Assembly (NCBI GenBank): GCA_041946805.1
Contig: JBHGBC010000008.1
Location: 16,991-80,990, forward strand
Origin: a bacterium
GTDB lineage: Bacteria > Hinthialibacterota > Hinthialibacteria > Hinthialibacterales > Hinthialibacteraceae
Direction of reading: 5' to 3'
DNA: 64,000 nucleotides
The translations under genes were made by a program, and so were the position numbers. Shown piece after piece: positions 59,214-64,000 of the stretch. Within the stretch, counting starts at the first letter, position 1. Each line of letters begins with the position of its first letter. The notes below the pieces were generated by a model, which saw nothing but the letters and a program-made list of their open reading frames with translations, ran no database searches and was not told where the DNA came from.

Positions 59214-59624
59214 TTACAAATCTTGAATACCTTTACCAATGAAGGATTCGTTATTCAGGACTTTCTCAACCGCTATGGCCAATTCCTCATGGATGTGTTT
59301 TTTGATCAAATACCCGGACGCGCCGGCGGCCAGGGATTCCTCCACAAAGGAGTGCTTGGCGAGCACCGTCACCATGATGACTTTCATCTTAGGAGATTCG
59401 CGCAGGATACGGCGCATGGCTTCGATTCCACTCAGCCCGGGCATGGCAATATCCATGAAGATCAGATCGAATGTATGTTTCTTGGCCAGCTGCACGGCAC
59501 TCTCCCCGTCCCCGGCTTCCAGAATCCGGGAAGCCAGCGGCAGTTTTTCGATCATCGAACGAAAAAGGGCGCGAAACATGGCATGGTCATCCACAATAAG
59601 GATATTTGGGCTTTCCATCGTCAT
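59214..59624 (-). CDS. Stand-alone NarL-type receiver domain (no HTH)
   Basis: ILIVDDH, FMDIAMPGLSG, VT, AGASGYLIK; stops right after the REC domain. Confidence 0.85.
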   Translation of the reverse strand: MTMESPNILIVDDHAMFRALFRSMIEKLPLASRILEAGDGESAVQLAKKHTFDLIFMDIAMPGLSGIEAMRRILRESPKMKVIMVTVLAKHSFVEESLAAGASGYLIKKHIHEELAIAVEKVLNNESFIGKGIQDL

Positions 59625-59715
59625 TGATCCAATCCAATCGCAGAGACTGTTCTCCGCTCACGCCTATATCGTAGGGAGGGCGGGAGGAGATACAACTCGG
59701 GGAATCACCGGATTT

Positions 59716-59756
59716 AACCTGTGGAAAGTACGGGATTCAAACCTGTGGAAAGTACG
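59716..59756. repeat. Perfect 17-bp direct repeat, 24-bp period
   Basis: AACCTGTGGAAAGTACG at 59716-59732 and 59740-59756. Confidence 0.85.
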
Positions 59757-59824
59757 AGGCGGGAATGCGGAAATCGGGGATTATTCTGGAAATAACGGCA
59801 GGACACGAAAATCAGCCATTAAGA

Positions 59825-60121
59825 TACCTTCACCCTGGCCTTCTTCCAGAGGAAGAGGGGAATAGGGGATGGATCTCCCCGGCCAGCCCGATTGATGAGC
59901 GGCCCGGCCAGGTTGATAAAAAGTACACACGTGCCGGATGAACCTTTTGGGGGCGATGATTTACCCTTCTAAATATATGCCGCCACTTCAGGGCTTGGTT
60001 TTTTTGTTCCTTGTTCCCAGGGTTTTCGCCCCGGGTCATGCTCATGCCGCGCCTTCAGCGCGAAAAACACTGCATTTCAGATCCGCCATGATGGATTACG
60101 CGCTGCGCGCTTATCCATCTA
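59825..60121. repeat. Stack of REP-like elements upstream of the enolase-family gene
   Basis: Hairpin + GTAC motif (59825-59944), inverted CCCAGGG/GCGCC unit (59976-60061), GATGGATTACGCG..ATCCATC (60090-60119). Confidence 0.75.
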
Positions 60122-60217
60122 CATTTACTTCTCATAAAGAGTAGGATATACCGGTTACACGAATCAGACGGCCGGGAATCCTGCCAGCCCAGGCCGCCAG
60201 AAGGGGAGGGTGAAACC

Positions 60218-61339
60218 GTGAAAATCGAACACATCGAGGCGTATCCCGTCTATTATCCGACGCGGGGGCGGTTCAAGTTCCTGGAGACTCCGGGCGGGGC
60301 GCGGACCGGCCGCGCGGCGGTGCTGGTGAAGATCACGGCGGACGACGGCACCGGGGGCTGGGGCGAAAGCGTCCCCATTCCCACCTGGACCTACGAAACC
60401 CTGGAATCAGTGACCACCACGATCGAACGGTACTTGAAGCCTGCGTTGCTCGGGCGGGATCCGCGTGACCTGGCGGGGATCCACAAGGCGATGGACGCGG
60501 CCATCAAGCCGGGCTACACGTCGGGGATGCCGCTGTGCAAGGCGGGGATCGACATCGCCCTGCATGACCTGTGGGGCAAGGCGCTGGGCGCGCCGCTGGC
60601 GCAGCTCTGGGGCCGGACCGGAAAGCCGGAGATCACCCTGAGCTGGACGTTGAATCCCGCCACGCTCGATCAGTTGGACCGGATGATGGAAGAAGGATGG
60701 GAGAAGGGATTCCGGAATTTCAACGTAAAGGTCGCACCCGATTTGGCGTATGACATCGAATTATGCAAGCGGGTGCGCGAGCGGATACCCAACGGCTTTT
60801 TGTGGGCGGACGCGAATGGGGGCTACGACTTGGCCACCGCGATGCGGGCCGCGCCCCGGCTGGCGGATATCGGTGTGGACGTGCTGGAAGCGCCGCTGCG
60901 GCCTAACGATATTTCCGGCTACCAGCAACTCAAGCGGCAGGGGGCGTTGCCGATTCTCATGGACGAAGGCGTGATCACCCCCCGCGATTTGATGGAGTTC
61001 ATCCGGCTGGACATGCTGGACGGCGTAGCCATGAAACCAGCGCGCTGCGGCGGATTGTGGTCCGCCCGGCGGCAGGTGGAGATTTTGGAAGACGCGGGGC
61101 TGATGTTCTTGGGCAGCGGGTTGACCGATCCCGACGTCTCGCTGGCGGCGTCGCTGGCCTTGTTCGGGGCGTATGGGCTGGCGTATCCCGCGGCGCTCAA
61201 CGGCCCGCAGTTTTTGGCGTACAGCGTGCTGGCTACGCCGTTCGAGCCGGTCCAGGGCCACCTGGCGGTCCCCGCCCGTCCCGGCCTGGGGGTGGAGGTG
61301 GACGAAGCGATGATCCAGGAAATCCAAGTCGAGATCTGA
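60218..61339 (+). CDS. Enolase-superfamily enzyme, muconate cycloisomerase/dipeptide epimerase subgroup
   Basis: GWGE, GIDIALHDLWGK, metal ligands DANG / EAP / DEG, AMKP; NVK in place of KxK. Confidence 0.9.
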   Translation: MKIEHIEAYPVYYPTRGRFKFLETPGGARTGRAAVLVKITADDGTGGWGESVPIPTWTYETLESVTTTIERYLKPALLGRDPRDLAGIHKAMDAAIKPGYTSGMPLCKAGIDIALHDLWGKALGAPLAQLWGRTGKPEITLSWTLNPATLDQLDRMMEEGWEKGFRNFNVKVAPDLAYDIELCKRVRERIPNGFLWADANGGYDLATAMRAAPRLADIGVDVLEAPLRPNDISGYQQLKRQGALPILMDEGVITPRDLMEFIRLDMLDGVAMKPARCGGLWSARRQVEILEDAGLMFLGSGLTDPDVSLAASLALFGAYGLAYPAALNGPQFLAYSVLATPFEPVQGHLAVPARPGLGVEVDEAMIQEIQVEI

Positions 61340-61478
61340 TCCTCCCCCCGGCGGATGAACATGCGAATTCACCAATATATATAGTGTCGGTTCATTTGGG
61401 ATTTCTCTTCCTCCAATTGTATACTAAAACAGTCGACTTTATTTATCCATTACCCTCATTCCAAAGGAGACGTAGGCC

Positions 61479-62162
61479 ATGAAAAAGTACCTGTACTCTT
61501 CCCTGCTGTTCGTGTTGTGTTTGGGTATCGCGCTGCCCGTGATATCGTCGGAAACCGCCGCCCCCTCGGGGAAAAGCCTTGATGAGGCTATCAAAACCGA
61601 ACTCCAGCAAGAAAAAGAACGCAAACCGCAGGCCACTTGCCCGATCAGCGGGAAACCGGTTTCCGGCAAGGACAGTACCACCTACATGGGGTATGAGATC
61701 AAGACCTGCTGCCCGAACTGCATCGGCGCGGTGAAGAAGGATCCCCTCTCCGCCATTCAGGCCCTCCGCCAAAAGGGGGAAGAGCCTGCCCTGGCCGCCA
61801 ACCTGAAGCATCAGACCGTCTGCCCCATCTCCGGCAAGCCGGTCAAGGCGGAGCAATTCGCCATTAAAAACAACGTGCTGGTCCAATTTTGCTGCCCGAA
61901 CTGCCCGGCCGCCTTCCAGAAGGATCCCAAGGGGACCGTCCAGAACATGCTGGACAAGGGCATCGCCCCCATTTTGCTGACCTTCGAGCAAAAGGAATGC
62001 CCCATTTCGCACGAACCGGTTTCCGGCAACAGCTCGGTCGTGCATGACGGGAAGGTCATTCAACTGTGCTGCGACGCCTGCAAGGCGCAGGTCCTCGAAA
62101 ATCCCGAAAAAGTGATCCAGGACCTGGCGGATCTAGGCGTCGTCCTGGCGCACGAAAAATAA
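61479..62162 (+). CDS. Secreted protein with three YHS/TRASH-like Cys-rich repeats
   Basis: Signal peptide; three copies of CPIS(G/H)xPV..CCxxC. Confidence 0.78.
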   Translation: MKKYLYSSLLFVLCLGIALPVISSETAAPSGKSLDEAIKTELQQEKERKPQATCPISGKPVSGKDSTTYMGYEIKTCCPNCIGAVKKDPLSAIQALRQKGEEPALAANLKHQTVCPISGKPVKAEQFAIKNNVLVQFCCPNCPAAFQKDPKGTVQNMLDKGIAPILLTFEQKECPISHEPVSGNSSVVHDGKVIQLCCDACKAQVLENPEKVIQDLADLGVVLAHEK

Positions 62163-62214
62163 CAATCCATAACGCTTCAAATCCGTTAACATTTCGCTTC
62201 GGCGGATCGTTTAG

Positions 62215-62250
62215 AAAAGGAGACAGGAAAAAAAACTGTCTCCTTTTTTT
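62215..62250 (+). terminator. Rho-independent terminator (possibly bidirectional)
   Basis: AAAAGGAGACAG-loop-CTGTCTCCTTTTTTT. Confidence 0.75.
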
Positions 62251-62474
62251 CTGGAAAGAGGCTTCTCTCTGGGAAAGGGACGGAACGCGTCAGGCAAGGC
62301 GGCCGAATCAATCCTTACGAAACCGGTAAGGGAATAAGAGAGGAATACTTTATTCATTTAATCATCATTTTTAATATAATTGACATATACTATATTTTTT
62401 CATACCGTCTTATAGAGATTGGTTTGTGCCATGACGCCCTCCTTGCTTGTTGGGGTGTACAGGGGAGCGCCGAA

Positions 62475-63134
62475 ATGCAACTCACGGTTTTGGTGGTATC
62501 CGGCGATCGCCGATTCCGGCGGACTCTGAAAATCCAGGCCGGCGGTGAATTCCACTGCCTCTTCACGCCATCCGCGCGGCGGGCGCGAGCCCTTCTCCGT
62601 ACTCAGGAGGTCCACATGGCCGTCATCCAGGGGGACCTGCCGGCCGCGGAGGGCCTGAAATTGGCCCGGCACATCCAGAAATACCACTCCTGGATTCCGG
62701 TTATTTTGCGGATGGATACCCTTCCCGCGGATCTCTCTGTCCAAAGCCTCGCGTTGGAGTACGGGGTGCGATGGCTTTTCACATCGTCTGTACCGGAGGA
62801 AAAGGTGCTGGAGGCCCTGCGCGCTTGCCGGAACCCGGGAGGGACGCATCCGCCGGAAGGGATCGTCCAACCGGCCGCGCCAGGCCGCTCCCGGGATCCG
62901 GCGAGGGAATCCGGACGGCTGAACCGGGAAATGCGGCTGGAGGAGATGCGTTCCCTCTTCATGGGACAGCCCCAATTCTGGACCTGCGGCAAGTTGGCCA
63001 TCCGCTACGGGGTGTCGCGGCAGCAGATCGCCCGGGACGTGGCGAAACTCCGCCGCCGCGGGATTGCCGTCCACGCCACGCAAAAAGGCTATTTTTTCGA
63101 TTCAGATAAAAAAGTGTCACCTACCGGTGGGTGA
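62475..63134 (+). CDS. Pseudo-receiver + HTH_11 (NiaR/BirA/WYL-type) wHTH regulator
   Basis: GGGGAG RBS; REC-like fold lacking the acidic pocket; LAIRYGVSRQQIARDVAKLRRRGIAVHATQKGY. Confidence 0.7.
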   Translation: MQLTVLVVSGDRRFRRTLKIQAGGEFHCLFTPSARRARALLRTQEVHMAVIQGDLPAAEGLKLARHIQKYHSWIPVILRMDTLPADLSVQSLALEYGVRWLFTSSVPEEKVLEALRACRNPGGTHPPEGIVQPAAPGRSRDPARESGRLNREMRLEEMRSLFMGQPQFWTCGKLAIRYGVSRQQIARDVAKLRRRGIAVHATQKGYFFDSDKKVSPTGG

Positions 63135-63147
63135 CAGTAGTTATAAT
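63115..63147 (+). promoter_or_regulatory. 22-bp palindrome overlapping the -35 region, followed by TATAAT
   Basis: TGTCACCTACCGGTGGGTGACA (63115-63136), TATAAT at 63142-63147. Confidence 0.65.
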
Positions 63148-63233
63148 TGGTTTGACACAAACATAAAAAGAATTAATGTGATGATAGGTTAATCCAAATT
63201 TTTTAAAGGCTATATAGTGGATGATACATAGCT

Positions 63234-64000
63234 ATGAGGTTAAAAATGAGTATTACCTGTTCTCCCAGCATGAAGAAGAGTTGGTTATTCATATATGCCA
63301 CATTTTTTATCCTCCAACTACGTTGTGAGCATACCTCCTCTTCTTTTGAGATCATCCCCCCCGCATTAGTATTAAAGGACATTGAAGCCGGATCAACCAC
63401 GGAATCTGTTTTTCAAATCCGGAATACGGGCCTGGATCCGATCCTTTCCTTGACCGCGGAAGCGGATTGCCACTGTACCATTCCTTCACCTCTTCCAGCT
63501 CAATTGAACGGAGAGGCCACGGCGGAATTTTCCATTCGTTTTACCGCGCCCAGCCAGCCCGGACCGTTTCAACATATCGTGCTGATAAAATCAGAGAATG
63601 AGCAACAAGCGGTATCCATTATCGGAAACGCAACCAAGACCATTTAAGCATTCCCTCATTATTTGACCATTTCCATCTCTACCGAAGTCAATAATTTCTG
63701 CCGGACATTTGAAATCCGCGCGCTCAACCAAAAGAAAATCGCCGCCTCCGAAGTGAAAATAACGCTCTTCGTGACCAATGGCGAAAGGGAGGAACCAGGG
63801 AAAAGCACCCCGGGCATCAATCTGGTTTTGTTCTCTCATCCAGATAACCCGAGTATTCTCCAGGGGATTTTCCAAGCCTCCAGAAATGAATTGAATCTGG
63901 AACAACCCCTGCACGGAGAAATCGCGAATCGATTACGCATGGAAGACGATACCCGCCACGAGGTGCGAATCCAGTTTCTGGTTTCCGAAAAACCGGCTGC
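63234..64000 (+). pseudogene. DUF1573 (Ig-like) protein interrupted by an in-frame TAA; runs off the window
   Basis: FQIRNTG..ADCHCT motif; after the TAA at 63645 the same frame stays open to the window end (AFPHYLTIS...). Confidence 0.7.

Overview
A GC-rich (about 60% by eye) chromosomal window from a diderm bacterium (complete Tol-Pal set, lipoproteins), probably from a poorly characterised lineage. The long GreA fusion, the many secreted modular proteins and the dense palindromic repeats suggest a candidate phylum such as OLB16/Hinthialibacterota or Sumerlaeota, but this is inference only. Housekeeping and envelope genes include an ECF Ni/Co transporter, yggT, a bactofilin, an NtrC-type regulator, moxR-tmk, a long greA, tadA-tRNA-Ser(CGA), a DUF342/FapA gene and tolQRAB-pal. 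They are interleaved with glycan-related genes (two tandem GT-C paralogues, a flippase, a GH36, a heparinase-like protein), a quinol-dependent NO reductase with an Rrf2 regulator, a stand-alone HsdR-N nuclease and several decayed gene remnants. The most striking unexplained signal is a short C-terminal motif, V-x-x-W-x-L-[YFL], on unrelated signal-peptide proteins: four match it fully and a fifth carries a variant. It is a candidate protein-sorting signal. Also notable are a stand-alone IspG [4Fe-4S] domain next to a B12 radical SAM gene, a GH-TSP3-M14 peptidase fusion, an apparently catalytically dead lyase, and several REP-like families that assemble into composite elements with fixed spacing. 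No CRISPR array, rRNA, prophage or intact transposase was seen. All calls come from reading motifs by eye; no searches were run.
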